This document shows positions 1 through 10,279 of a DNA stretch of 44,046 nucleotides, one piece after another. The stretch spans positions 1 through 44,046 of the forward strand of contig JAQBUT010000025.1 of NCBI GenBank assembly GCA_027623195.1, in the 5' to 3' direction. The translations under genes were made by a program, and so were the position numbers. Under the pieces are notes generated by a model. The model saw only the letters and a program-made list of their open reading frames with translations. It was not told where the DNA came from and ran no database searches. Position 1 is the first letter of the stretch, and each line of letters begins with the position of its first letter. Source of the stretch: Chloroflexota bacterium. GTDB taxonomy: Bacteria > Chloroflexota > Dehalococcoidia > Lucifugimonadales > JADFKI01.

Positions 1-168
1 CGCTGTACGATCCATTACTACAGCATAATCGGCCAAAAACTTTATAACGAACAGAAAGCCAAGGAAAGTAGGGCGGATTGCTATTGTATGGCCCATATTC
101 AGCCTCGACGTATACGTTGGAGTTACATCCGGCGGCGCCTCGAGAGCACTTTTGGGAGGAACAACGAT

Positions 169-669
169 ATGCAACTAAAGTACAGGTTAATCGCGGCGCT
201 GGTGGTGGCGCTTGTGGGCTCCGCAATAGTTATGCAGGGCATCGGTTTTGCTGGGCCGCCTTCGAGTGCTACAGTAAATTTTGGTCAGGAGAATGTCGGG
301 TCCCTTGCGAATAACCCGAACGGATTGGCCCGCGGACACGATGAGTCCGGGGAGGCCGTCGATGCCCTTGTCCCCAGGACAGCCGTGATATCGGATGGTG
401 GGAGCGTAGAGTTCATAACCAGCGGAGTCCATCGGGTTGCGGTTTACGCCGCCGGAACCTCGCCTGACGACATCGACGAAACAGCTCTGGTCACCCTGCC
501 GCCGTTCGGATTCCCACGATTTATTGATGATGGGAATGCCTTGGAAATAGGTGGCGGTGGCCAAAATCTTACATTCTCGTTTAGTAGTCCGGGCAAGTAT
601 CTTATTATTTGCACATTCGAGCCACACTTCGTAGATAGAGAGATGTATGGCTGGGTTATCGTAAAGTAG
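169..669 (+). CDS. Secreted cupredoxin / plastocyanin-azurin-like blue copper protein
   Basis: ATG at 169 follows a GGGAGGA RBS. N-terminal signal-like segment (MQLKYRLIAALVVALVGSAIVMQGIGFA). Type-1 Cu ligands: H (GVHRV) and C-terminal PGKYLIICTFEPHFVDREMYG (C-x4-H-x5-M). Confidence 0.8.
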   Translation: MQLKYRLIAALVVALVGSAIVMQGIGFAGPPSSATVNFGQENVGSLANNPNGLARGHDESGEAVDALVPRTAVISDGGSVEFITSGVHRVAVYAAGTSPDDIDETALVTLPPFGFPRFIDDGNALEIGGGGQNLTFSFSSPGKYLIICTFEPHFVDREMYGWVIVK

Positions 670-778
670 TCTCAACTCTATTTGGCTTAGACCACCCGAC
701 GATTTGCTCCGTCATGAGGCGTGGTTGAGCACCCGACCTGAGCCTACGAACGGACAACGGCCAAGTACATAAAAGGAA

Positions 779-809
779 AAAGGGCCACGGAATTATTCCG
801 TGGCCCTTT
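779..809. terminator. Bidirectional rho-independent terminator
   Basis: Perfect inverted repeat aaagggccacggaat-t-attccgtggcccttt with A/T tails, between convergent genes. Confidence 0.8.
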
Positions 810-837
810 CTAGATTTCCGCTGGTTTTGGTTGCCGG

Positions 838-1185
838 TTAGTCTAGCTTTACGCTAAGCCTGTCGTTGAGAAGGCTATCCACCTTCTGACCTTTTTCCAG
901 GTGCTGGCTGATAATTTCCTCGACGTTGTCTGGTGTCACGATGTACCAGGTGCCACCCTTGTCTGCGCCGGGGCCGTAAACCGTGATGCTGCACTGACCA
1001 GTCTCGCAGAACCTGTGCTGGCTGGTGCATCCTGTGTTGGAAATCATCACCTTGCCGAGCAGATCGTGCTCCTTAAGAAGCTCATTGAACTTCGCTCGGA
1101 CGTCGAATCCACCCTTGTCCCCGCAGTGGTTGTCGTCACCAGTGACCGCGTTGCACACAAAAACCTGTGACTCAAATTCCGGCAT
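838..1185 (-). CDS. Thioredoxin-like [2Fe-2S] ferredoxin
   Basis: VFVC...HC, TGC...C and the WY..VTPDNVEEIISQHL..G..V pattern typical of thioredoxin-fold ferredoxins; AGGAGG RBS. Confidence 0.8.
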   Translation of the reverse strand: MPEFESQVFVCNAVTGDDNHCGDKGGFDVRAKFNELLKEHDLLGKVMISNTGCTSQHRFCETGQCSITVYGPGADKGGTWYIVTPDNVEEIISQHLEKGQKVDSLLNDRLSVKLD

Positions 1186-1326
1186 AGTGCCCTCCTATCC
1201 TGATAATTTCTTTCTATTTCTAATTACTCGTTTGATTAAAAGTATCCTAGCTGTCTTGCCTATATGGCTCACCAAAAACTTTCGTCCTTGAGGAACCCCA
1301 GCCACGATAATCCGAAAGAATGTAAA

Positions 1327-2268
1327 TTAACGGACGCGGGCGTATTTTTGTAGACGGGCCCCGTCCAGAGTTTCGCCCAGGTAAATGCTGCCCTCCGAGT
1401 CTACGGCCAGCGCGTGTCCGGCGATGACGTCACCGGGGGTATTAGTGCTCATGCCCCAGCCACCAAGCCATCCGCCTTCGGAGGTCATGATCTTTACTCC
1501 TGATGGGTGGGACAGGGCATTAGGTGTCGGTTGGGTTGCGGAAAGTCCCTGGTGCCATCCCAGTTCGGCTACGTAGAAGCGGCCATCTGCACCCTGCAAA
1601 ATGTGATCCGGGCGATGGACTCCGCGCCACTCTCGGACGAACTGCCCGTCGGCAAGAAAGACCTGTATGCGGCTGTTCTCTCTGTCGGCGACGTAAACGA
1701 GGCCGGCGGCGTCAACGCAAATGCTATGTGGTATTCGGAACTGACCCGGCCCGGAGCCCGGCTCTCCCCATGACCGAATATGCGATCCGTCCGGGGTGTA
1801 CTGGTGTATTCGAGCGTTGCCGTATCCGTCCGCCACATAGATGGAGCCATCGTGTCCAAGGGCTACGTCGGTGGGCTTGTTGAAGGGCTTGCCGCTCATT
1901 GCTTCGGCAGGTTCGTTGGGCGTACCCAGCATAAGGAGTTGCTCTCCCTTGCCGGTCCACTTGCGGACGGTATGGTCGCCGATATCCGTAGTGTAAAGGC
2001 TATCGTCTGGCCCTACGAACAGATGGTGCGCTGACGAGAAAATGCCTTCGCCCCAGGTCGCCTGAATACTGCCGCCCTTGTCCAGGACTATCATAGGATG
2101 GGCGCTGCGGTTATAAGCATAAATGTTATCTTGGCTGTCCACGCCAACGCCTACGACGTGGTTCCACTCCCAGCCATCAGGAAGCGGGGCCCAGCCTTTT
2201 ACATGCTCGTAAACGTATTCGCCGTAGCTTACCCTTAACGGACCATTGTCGTTTGCCATGCTGACCAT
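1327..2268 (-). CDS. NHL-repeat beta-propeller (peptidyl-alpha-hydroxyglycine lyase-like)
   Basis: Repeats FNKPTDVA..DGSIYVADGYGNARI and WGEPGSGPGQFRIPHSI..YVADRENSRIQVF. Confidence 0.85.
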   Translation of the reverse strand: MVSMANDNGPLRVSYGEYVYEHVKGWAPLPDGWEWNHVVGVGVDSQDNIYAYNRSAHPMIVLDKGGSIQATWGEGIFSSAHHLFVGPDDSLYTTDIGDHTVRKWTGKGEQLLMLGTPNEPAEAMSGKPFNKPTDVALGHDGSIYVADGYGNARIHQYTPDGSHIRSWGEPGSGPGQFRIPHSICVDAAGLVYVADRENSRIQVFLADGQFVREWRGVHRPDHILQGADGRFYVAELGWHQGLSATQPTPNALSHPSGVKIMTSEGGWLGGWGMSTNTPGDVIAGHALAVDSEGSIYLGETLDGARLQKYARVR

Positions 2269-2397
2269 TTCTCCCTTGCTTACATATCGTATGACCCGAA
2301 TTTTAAAATCCGGCTTTTGCGGCGCATTATAGCACTGGCTTCGTCTGGTTGCAGCCGTTATTCAGGAATACCCCTGCGTATGATCTCTGGGGAAGCG

Positions 2398-3525
2398 TTA
2401 TGCGATGATTGCCCTTTCAAATGCCTGCTCATTCAGCTCTACGCCAAGGCCGGGTCGGTCGGTCAATTTTATGCTGCCGTTCTCAGGAAGGATGGGGTCC
2501 ACAAAAAGCTCTGCTATCCGCTCCGCAGGTCCAGTGAACTCCTCGGAGAACTCGTGGGGTCGCACCGCGTTAGTCACGGTGCAGTAGGCGTGCAGGCTTG
2601 CCAAGGAGTTGGCTCCTATGTTGGGACTGTGGGGCATCAGAATCTTGTTATTGGCGACAGCCATCTCGTTTACGCGCACCATTTCTGATAATCCGCCGAC
2701 ATTAAGAATGTCCGGCTGTAGGATGTCTGGATTCGCTAAATCCATCAGATCGCGGAACCGCCACGCGGAAATCTCCTGCTCACCTGTGGACACGGCGCAG
2801 TCCAGAGCGTCCACGACCTGGCGCAGTCCGCGAAGGTCGTACTGGGGCAGGGGCTCCTCGAAATGGGCGATGCCTAGCTGCTCGAATCTTCGGCCCTGCT
2901 CGATAGCTGTTGGGACCGAGTATCCGTTGTTGGCGTCGAAGCTCAAGGGAACGTCGTCGGGGAGCCACTCTCGGCACGCCTGAAATATGGCCAGGTCCTT
3001 GGCAGGGTTGCTATCCTGCCGGTAGTCCTTCCAGTCCATACGCACCTTGAAGGCCCTGTATCCCTTCTCGTACCCCTCTTGCACCTCTTCCAGCATTTGG
3101 GCCGGCGTCTTGCTCCAGCCGTTGCCTCGGCTCCAGTAAAGGGGAATCTCGGTGCGGTGCGCGCCACCCAGCAAAGAGTAGACCGGCAACCCCGCTACTT
3201 TTCCCGTGATGTCCCAGCAGGCCACGTCGATAGCGCCTACGATCTGCGACGGCAGACGGGTGGCTCGTTCCCCGAGGCCCAACGCCAAGGCTTCCCATAT
3301 CCGGCGAGGCTGTACTGGACTCATCCCGACGAGCAAAGGCTTTATGACCTCATCGATGTACGCCCGGAACACGCCGAGGTGGCGGGCTCCTTCGGCGATT
3401 CCCGTTACGCCTTCGTCAGTGAAAACCCGCACGATGAGGCGTCCGTTGGTGGCGCCGGGGTAACGCTGAGCATCCGCGCCCTCTACTCCCCTGAGTTGAT
3501 TGACCTTAATATCTGTAATCTTCAT
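2398..3525 (-). CDS. Mandelate racemase/muconate lactonizing enzyme family (enolase superfamily)
   Basis: MKITDIK start with GAGGTG RBS; TDEGVTG, AIDVACWDITGK..GLPVY.LLGG, FKVR, DAN, EEP, GEQ, QPD, PH, RPGLGVE. Confidence 0.9.
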   Translation of the reverse strand: MKITDIKVNQLRGVEGADAQRYPGATNGRLIVRVFTDEGVTGIAEGARHLGVFRAYIDEVIKPLLVGMSPVQPRRIWEALALGLGERATRLPSQIVGAIDVACWDITGKVAGLPVYSLLGGAHRTEIPLYWSRGNGWSKTPAQMLEEVQEGYEKGYRAFKVRMDWKDYRQDSNPAKDLAIFQACREWLPDDVPLSFDANNGYSVPTAIEQGRRFEQLGIAHFEEPLPQYDLRGLRQVVDALDCAVSTGEQEISAWRFRDLMDLANPDILQPDILNVGGLSEMVRVNEMAVANNKILMPHSPNIGANSLASLHAYCTVTNAVRPHEFSEEFTGPAERIAELFVDPILPENGSIKLTDRPGLGVELNEQAFERAIIA

Positions 3526-3678
3526 TTGAGCACCTCGTCCATTATTCGGCGACATCTTACCACTCACTTGGCGATTGGTGGAGCCTTTCGCAGGCGGATT
3601 GACAGGGCCGCCACTACAGCTTAGGCTTCACTGTATTGATTGCTTTTTAAGCCGCGTATGGCGGCGCGCGAGGAACTG

Positions 3679-4857
3679 ATGAACTACTTCCCATTGACAC
3701 GAACGCAGCAGGACTGGAAAGACAAAGTCGCGGCCATAGCTGAAAAGGAAATAGGTCCCAGGGCAGCTGAATACGACCGACTCGCCAAATTCCCGCAGGA
3801 ATCGTTGGATGCTTTAAAAGAGGCTGGCTTGCTGGCGCTGCGAGTGTCGGAGGAGCACGGAGGCCTTGGTGGGGATATGTTGACCACCTGCCTGATCGTT
3901 GAAGAGATTGCCAAGAAATGCCCCTCCACAGCTATGTGCTACAAGATGCACCTGGAGTCGGTGGAGGCTGTCAGCCGGATTCCGACAGCATACCAGGTGA
4001 ATAAGTTCATAAAGCCCCTGGTCGAAGGGAAGTTCTTCGCCGCAGCCGCTGGAGGGGAGTCCCGAGGGCAGACCGGAACGGACTGGAGGCCGGTGTCCGT
4101 GCCTGAAACGCCGCTGAAGTCAGTGGAAGGTGGCTACTTGCTGGAGAACCTGCGCAAGTCCTACGTCACGTCAGCAGGGCACGCGGACATGTACGTGATG
4201 TTTTGCAGGGTAGAGGGAAGCCGCACCGAAGGCCCGCCCGACCTCCTGCTGTTCCGGGCGGACGAGGTTGAATGGCAAACGGTAGGGGAGTGGGACGGCT
4301 TGGGAATGCGCGGCAACTCTAGCGTCCCTATGATCTTCAACGGTGTGGTGCCTTACGAGAACCTTTTGGGCATCGAGCTTGAAGGCGAGAAGGAGCCGGT
4401 CATGCAGAAATACATGATGCCGGTGCTGATACTTACTTACGGGGCCGCTTACCTGGGCGTCGCTGCTGGCGCCTTCGAATTGGCGTGCATCGAAGGCAAC
4501 AAGCGCTTCGCCAGCGGCGCCAGGCGGCTGGACAATCCCATCAACAAGCGGCGAATTTCCGAGCTAGGCGCGCAGATAGAGTCGGCCAGAGCCTTCCTGC
4601 ATGCTGCTGCATCAATGGCGGACCAGGGAAGGGCCACTTCGACGCTGCCTTATCTACAGGCTAAGGTGATGTGCTCCGAGGTAGCTGTTCGGGTAACGCA
4701 GGACCTCATGACTATGTTCGGAGGGACGGCGTTTTCCAGGCAGTTGCCCTTTGAACGTTACTTCCGCGACGCCAGGGCCGGGCTAATAATGGGCGTAGCC
4801 AACGACCAGGCCTACGAGACCATAGACAGCCTCATGTTTCCTGCGGCGTCAAGCTGA
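3679..4857 (+). CDS. Acyl-CoA dehydrogenase-fold flavoprotein
   Basis: EEHGGLGG, CPSTA, WDGLGMRGNSS, FGG.AF, ERYFRDAR. Start chosen at ATG 3679 after GAGGA. Confidence 0.88.
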   Translation: MNYFPLTRTQQDWKDKVAAIAEKEIGPRAAEYDRLAKFPQESLDALKEAGLLALRVSEEHGGLGGDMLTTCLIVEEIAKKCPSTAMCYKMHLESVEAVSRIPTAYQVNKFIKPLVEGKFFAAAAGGESRGQTGTDWRPVSVPETPLKSVEGGYLLENLRKSYVTSAGHADMYVMFCRVEGSRTEGPPDLLLFRADEVEWQTVGEWDGLGMRGNSSVPMIFNGVVPYENLLGIELEGEKEPVMQKYMMPVLILTYGAAYLGVAAGAFELACIEGNKRFASGARRLDNPINKRRISELGAQIESARAFLHAAASMADQGRATSTLPYLQAKVMCSEVAVRVTQDLMTMFGGTAFSRQLPFERYFRDARAGLIMGVANDQAYETIDSLMFPAASS

Positions 4858-4964
4858 GCATCTCCTGCGTGAGTACTCCGGCGTAGCGCGAGTAGCGATT
4901 TTCGTGGGCAATGCGACCACGTCGGGAGCCCGCGCAAAAAGTCGTTCAGTTACACAGCATCGAA

Positions 4965-5001
4965 CCGAGTGGCCCACATCTCTTGAAGACGCGCCACTCG
5001 G
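4965..5001. terminator. Hairpin between convergent genes (possible terminator)
   Basis: ccgagtggc...gccactcgg 9-bp inverted repeat with a 19-nt loop; weak T tail. Confidence 0.35.
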
Positions 5002-5022
5002 CTACCTCTTCGATTTAATTAC

Positions 5023-5790
5023 CTAAAGCTCTGCTTGCACTCGCCGCTTGAAGTCTAGTGCGCCAAGCTGAAGCAGACCATGTGACGACACGGTGACGAA
5101 GTTGGCTCCCAGCTTGATGAATTCCGCTATTCCGGCCGCATCCGCGGGATTGTTCCCGCCAACGCCCACATTCTTGCCGCCCGCTCGGATTTTCGGAACT
5201 ACCTCGCGCATGAGTTGGCGGACCGCTGCTGGTCCAGGGTTGCCCATGCTCTGGCCCAGGTCACCGGAAGCCACGTGCAGCACGTCGACGCCCGGAACGC
5301 TAAGTATGGCGTCCAGGTTCTCTACCGCTTCCGTCTCTTCGACCATTGGAATGACCAGTATTTCCGCGTTTATCCAGCGCATCGACTCTTCCCTGGAAAT
5401 GCCAACGCCGTAGTCGTGGGGCCGTCCCCCTGCCACGCCTCGGTGGCCTTCAGGATGGTATCGGGCTGCTCGCGCTATGGCGTCAGCCTGTTCTCGAGTG
5501 TTGACGTGCGGCACTATTATTCCCTGTACGCCCCGGTCAAGAAAGCGCAGAATCGTAGAGTCAGCGTGGTCGGGAATGCGTGTGATGGGGGTAATGCCAA
5601 AGACCTCAGCAGCTCGCACCATATGCTCTACCTGGTCTAAATTCATAGGCCCGTGCTCGCAGTCGATCATCACGAAGTCGAAGCCTATTGCCCCGAATAA
5701 CTCTACCAGGTCAGGAGAGTCCCGGCTGATAATCGCGCCGTACACGACCTCGCCGTTCTTGAGCTTTGCTTTGGTGGAATTGGTTCTCAT
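5023..5790 (-). CDS. HpcH/HpaI class II aldolase family protein
   Basis: GFDFVMIDCEHG, LDRGVQGIIVPHV, HPEGHRG, MVEE..AVENLDAILSVPGVD, DL..SMG. Start could also be 5817. Confidence 0.9.
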   Translation of the reverse strand: MRTNSTKAKLKNGEVVYGAIISRDSPDLVELFGAIGFDFVMIDCEHGPMNLDQVEHMVRAAEVFGITPITRIPDHADSTILRFLDRGVQGIIVPHVNTREQADAIARAARYHPEGHRGVAGGRPHDYGVGISREESMRWINAEILVIPMVEETEAVENLDAILSVPGVDVLHVASGDLGQSMGNPGPAAVRQLMREVVPKIRAGGKNVGVGGNNPADAAGIAEFIKLGANFVTVSSHGLLQLGALDFKRRVQAEL

Positions 5791-6240
5791 TAATTCACTT
5801 CCCGAAATAGATTTCATGTGCGTGGCATTCTATAACGAATCGAACAGGGCGGGAAAGGAGGGTTAGTCTGGTTAGTAATCCTGCCGCCCCTCGTGTGGCC
5901 CGCAGCAGCGAATAAGAAAGCAAGGCTGTGATATTATTGCCTAGTGATCGACCGTTGCCTGAGAATGTGGTTTCGATTGGGTGGGTCCATGGATACCCAG
6001 CCGATTGACGATGTTGAAAAGCCAATCTACCCTCATGTATTAACCTGGGTCGTCGGGAACCCGGAGGACCTGTCGGAGTAGGATACCTACACATGACATA
6101 TATCCGGCTTTATTGAAACTTGGGACAGGGTCTGATCCGAGACCGGAGCGGCGTCGGACAAGTCATCAGTTTTATCCTCCTTGGTCGGGAAGTCAAGGAA
6201 GGCAGAGCAATTCCAACGAATCTCAGGAGAGGTCTTAGTT

Positions 6241-6683
6241 ATGGGGCAGATGCACATTGAAGCGAGCCGCGAAATAGGCGCGCCGCCGGACAGGGTCTAC
6301 GCAGTGCTGTCTGATTACCACGTGAAACACCCAGCCATCCTTCCAAAGCCTTACTAGAGGGGGGCGGACAGGGAGAGGGCACGGTTTTGCGCGTAGGCAT
6401 GAAGGTGATGGGTGTAGAGGCCCACTACCGCATGACAGTTACGGAACCAGAGCCGGGCCGCGTACTGATGGAAGCGGATGAATCCGCCGGAGTTATCACA
6501 ACATTCACCGTTGACCCGCTGAAGTCCGGTGCGCACACACGCCTGACAATTGCCACCAGCATGCGAACGAACTCAGGCATAAGTGGACTCCTGGAACGGC
6601 TATTCACTCCCATGATTTCCCGGCGAATCAATAAGAAGGAACTTCAACAGATAGAAGGGTTTCTGAGCCAGACCGCTGATTAA
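6241..6683 (+). pseudogene. Frameshifted SRPBCC (polyketide cyclase/START-like) protein
   Basis: ATG 6241 (RBS GGAGAGG) gives MGQMHIEASREIGAPPDRVYAVLSDYHVKHPAILPKPY then TAG at 6355-6357. The family sequence resumes in the -1 frame (LEGGGQGEGTVLRVGMKVMG...EPEPGRVL.E) to TAA 6683. Confidence 0.75.
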
Positions 6684-6988
6684 GGTATCTTTCCTACCGA
6701 CATAAACGCTGTTTAGGGAGTTTTTGGCTCCTCGATAGCAGGAAGATATTGCGCCCACGGGTTGGCCGCGATAGACTTGGCCTGGGCATGCAAAGAGGCG
6801 GCATCGCCCGTAATTCCCGGTACCTGGAATCTCCCATCATTTTGACACAAAGTAGCGTCGGGTGTGAGCACACTTCGCTGTGGTACTATTTCGACGCGAC
6901 CAATCTCGCCAGTGCACCTCCCATCCAAGAGCCAGCGTAAGGAGGCAATGGCGCGGTCGACATCAATACAGCCTAAGAGGAAACAGCT

Positions 6989-8770
6989 ATGGACTCACAC
7001 TCTTCGTCTCAAGTGGTTGGAACGCACGGTGAGTACTCTCATCGACCTATGGTCTGGGGCATGGAAGGCATGGTTGGGGCTGGAACGCAGCTAACCGCGC
7101 AGACGGGCATGAGTATCCTAGCGCAAGGTGGCAATGCCATGGACGCCGCTGTCGCGACTGCGTTGGCTGCTGGGGTATTGGAGCCCTCTGCGCATTACAC
7201 GCTAGGTGGCGAAGTTGCCATGCTTTACTACGACGCTTCATCCAAGAAGGTGCGTTCCGTAGTAGGGCAGGGATGGTCTGCCGCCGCGGCCAATATTGAT
7301 TACTACATGGAAAAATGGGGAGAGATTCCCAAGGGCATTCCCAGCACAACGGTGCCCGGTGTAATATCTGCGCTACTGGCTATGCTGGCCGAGCATGGAA
7401 CATTGAGCTTTGGTCAGGTTGTGCGTAGGGCTACAGAACTGGCATCCAAAGGGTTTCCCGCCTACCAGCTTTTTACCAGAGTGGTCGCCGCGCCTGACCG
7501 CCTGAGCAACTTGCAGAAGTATCCGGATTCCGCCAGGGTGTTTCTCCCCGGCGGCAGTCCTCCGGCACTGGGCAGCATCTTCAAGCAGACCGATCTCGCC
7601 AGAACGCTGTCGATTATGGCACAGGGGGAAGAGGCCGCACTTGCAGCAGGCAAGTCCCGCGACCAGGGAATCCAGGCTGCCAGGGACGTTTTCTATAAGG
7701 GCGACGTTGGGGCCAGAATGGTTAAGGCGCTTAAGGAACTCGGTGGCCTTTACACCATGGAAGACTTTGCCGATTACACCTCGCCTATGGAGGAGCCTCT
7801 TTCGACGACCTATCGTGGACTGAAGATATTCACCAACCGCACCTGGACGCAGGGAATTGTGCTTATGCAGGCGCTGAATATACTGGAAGGGTTCGATATA
7901 GCCTCGCTTGGCCACAACAGCCCGCGAGCGATTCACCTGCAGGTCGAGGCCCTGAAGCTGGCCATGGCTGATCGGGAGCGTTATGCCGGTGACCCCGATT
8001 TCGTGGACGTGCCATTCGATGGCCTATTGTCTGATGAGTATGCGTCGTTAAGAAGGGGCATCCTGAATACTGAGAAAGCGCAGGCCGTTTATCCCCCGGG
8101 CGATCCGGTCAACATGAGGGCGGTGCTTGAAGGTTATTCGGAGTCGGAAGCCTTGCCAAGTCTTGAGGAGGTTGGGGCTCAGGACGGCACGACGCACATC
8201 GCTGTGGCCGATGCCGACGGCAATATCGTTTCGGCCACACCCAGCAGCTACTCCGCCTTGGCTCAGGGTATGGTGTTGGGTGATACAGGCATCGTCATAA
8301 ACTGTCGAGGCAGTTACTTCTGGCTGGACTCGGATAACCCCAATGCTCTCGCGCCAAGGAAGCGGCCTCGTACCACTCCCTGCACGTTCCTGGTATTCAA
8401 GGACGGCGCCCCGCTCTTCACCCTTGGAACGCCGGGAGGTGACAGCCAGCCGCAAAGCTGCTTACAGGTTTTCTGCAATATGGTGGACTTCGGTATGAAC
8501 GTTCAGGAAGCAGTAGAGGCTCCCAGGTTCTGCGGATACAGCTTCCCGCAGTCGCCGTGGCCGCATCGCGTTGCGCCGAATCGGCTGGTCTTGGAGGGGC
8601 GCATCCCTCAGGACACGGTGGATAGCCTTAAGGACAGAGGTCACGATGCTGAAATAGTCGGGCCGTGGGCCGTGACTAACGGTTTTGTGCCGATAACCAT
8701 AGACTCGAGTTCGGGCGCCTACGTAGGCGGGGCGGACCCCAGACGAGAGTCCGTTATGCTGGGGTGGTAA
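6989..8770 (+). CDS. ggt: Gamma-glutamyltransferase family protein
   Basis: GGNAMDAAVA, TVPG, FYKG, catalytic Thr in DGTTH, PRKRPRTT, GTPGGD.QPQ, GADPRR. Confidence 0.92.
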   Translation: MDSHSSSQVVGTHGEYSHRPMVWGMEGMVGAGTQLTAQTGMSILAQGGNAMDAAVATALAAGVLEPSAHYTLGGEVAMLYYDASSKKVRSVVGQGWSAAAANIDYYMEKWGEIPKGIPSTTVPGVISALLAMLAEHGTLSFGQVVRRATELASKGFPAYQLFTRVVAAPDRLSNLQKYPDSARVFLPGGSPPALGSIFKQTDLARTLSIMAQGEEAALAAGKSRDQGIQAARDVFYKGDVGARMVKALKELGGLYTMEDFADYTSPMEEPLSTTYRGLKIFTNRTWTQGIVLMQALNILEGFDIASLGHNSPRAIHLQVEALKLAMADRERYAGDPDFVDVPFDGLLSDEYASLRRGILNTEKAQAVYPPGDPVNMRAVLEGYSESEALPSLEEVGAQDGTTHIAVADADGNIVSATPSSYSALAQGMVLGDTGIVINCRGSYFWLDSDNPNALAPRKRPRTTPCTFLVFKDGAPLFTLGTPGGDSQPQSCLQVFCNMVDFGMNVQEAVEAPRFCGYSFPQSPWPHRVAPNRLVLEGRIPQDTVDSLKDRGHDAEIVGPWAVTNGFVPITIDSSSGAYVGGADPRRESVMLGW

Positions 8771-8826
8771 CCGATAGGCATGTTTGCGAATCCCATGTCG
8801 ATCATTATTAACCAGGCCCTATATAT

Positions 8827-10056
8827 TTGAACGCGTCATCCAGGGTACGCGGCGCGATGGTTCCGCTATCCCTATTCAGCCAACGCAACTTTCGACTGAC
8901 CTGGTCGTCCGTGATGCTTGGCGGAATGGGAGTCCAGATGGAAACCATAGTGCTGGCGTGGTACATCCTGATACTTACGGATTCCCCGTTCCTGGTAGGG
9001 CTTGTGACGGCGTCCAGATTGGCCGCCAACCTGTTGGCCCTTTACGCTGGCGCCGTTGTGGACAGGCTGCCGCGTCACATGATTCTGGCGGTGGTTGGCC
9101 TGGCGTGGACATCGCTGTCGTTGCTGATGCTGTTCTTACTGGTGACGGACCTGTTGGCCGTGTGGCACGTGTTCGTCATTGCGTTCACGGGAGGCCTCGT
9201 CAGGACATTTCAGATGCCCGCTGGCCAGTCCCTTGCCGCCGACAGCGTTACGCCGGACAGGATTTCCAATGCTGTTGCACTGATCAATACTGGGATGGAC
9301 GTAAACCTGATATTCGGGGCCACGATGGTCGGCTTCCTTTACAAGGCATACGGCCCTGAAGGAGCCTATGCGCTGATTGCCGTCATTTACGCCACTTCCG
9401 GGATCGCGGCGTTATTTATTCAGGTTCAAAGATCAGGAATAGTTAGGAACCAGGAGTCGGTCTGGCGGATGATCAGTACGGGGCTGCTGTACGTTAAGGG
9501 CAGTCAGGTTTTGTGGGCGGCGCTGGCTTTGGCCGTGATAATTAACCTCACAGGATTTCCGCTGCACACGACACTCATGCCCGTCTTCGCCAAGGATGTG
9601 TTGGACGTTGACGTACAGGGTCTGGGCCTGCTGATTTCCGCATTCGGCATCGGAGCGTTTATAGGCTCGCTTAACCTGGCGTTCACCGGAAGTGTGAAAC
9701 ACACGGGAATTCGGCTTATAGTGGCTGTGATTATCTGGCACGCCTCAATGGCCGTTTTCTCCAGGTCTACTTCGTTCCCTCTGTCCCTTGCCATTCTAGT
9801 TGTGACTGGGATGGCATTTTCGTCCACGCTGGTTCTTATTCTGACGGTTCTTTTGCGAACGGTCACACCTGAGTTTCGGGGAAGGATTACGGGCCTTCGA
9901 GTTCTTGCGATATACGCCCACACGTTTGGAAGCACGACTGCTGGATTTTTGGCGAGCATGTGGGGAGCGCCAACTACTGCCGCCATCAACGGAATCGTCG
10001 GCATTGCGCTAGTTGTGGCTCTGGCCTCGTTGACGCCGAAGTTTCGCCGTGTGTAG
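8827..10056 (+). CDS. MFS transporter (MFS_3/H+ antiporter-like)
   Basis: About 12 hydrophobic segments, motif A (AGAVVDRLPR), PEFRGR; directly downstream of ggt. Confidence 0.88.
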   Translation: MNASSRVRGAMVPLSLFSQRNFRLTWSSVMLGGMGVQMETIVLAWYILILTDSPFLVGLVTASRLAANLLALYAGAVVDRLPRHMILAVVGLAWTSLSLLMLFLLVTDLLAVWHVFVIAFTGGLVRTFQMPAGQSLAADSVTPDRISNAVALINTGMDVNLIFGATMVGFLYKAYGPEGAYALIAVIYATSGIAALFIQVQRSGIVRNQESVWRMISTGLLYVKGSQVLWAALALAVIINLTGFPLHTTLMPVFAKDVLDVDVQGLGLLISAFGIGAFIGSLNLAFTGSVKHTGIRLIVAVIIWHASMAVFSRSTSFPLSLAILVVTGMAFSSTLVLILTVLLRTVTPEFRGRITGLRVLAIYAHTFGSTTAGFLASMWGAPTTAAINGIVGIALVVALASLTPKFRRV

Positions 10057-10146
10057 GGCCGGTGACTGTGCATGAATAAGAGCGAAACTGGAACCGGGCG
10101 ACCAGCCAAGGACCGGGCGGTGATCCGGGAGAAATGTAGCCTCAGG

Positions 10147-10175
10147 TTGACACAGTTCGAAGACGGTGATAGTTT
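10147..10175 (+). promoter_or_regulatory. Putative sigma70 promoter
   Basis: TTGACA-17bp-TAGTTT upstream of the hypothetical gene. Confidence 0.4.
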
Positions 10176-10279
10176 TTGCCTAGACGTGACGCATCGGTGA
10201 TTGCGGCTGACACGAGTTGACTGGCAAAACCCTGGATTTTAGAACGTCTATTCATATTAAAGAAGAGGAGAATATTAGA

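Noticed and set aside
5989..6081. 30-aa ORF MDTQPIDDVEKPIYPHVLTWVVGNPEDLSE
   Set aside because: Weak RBS, too short, no supporting motif.
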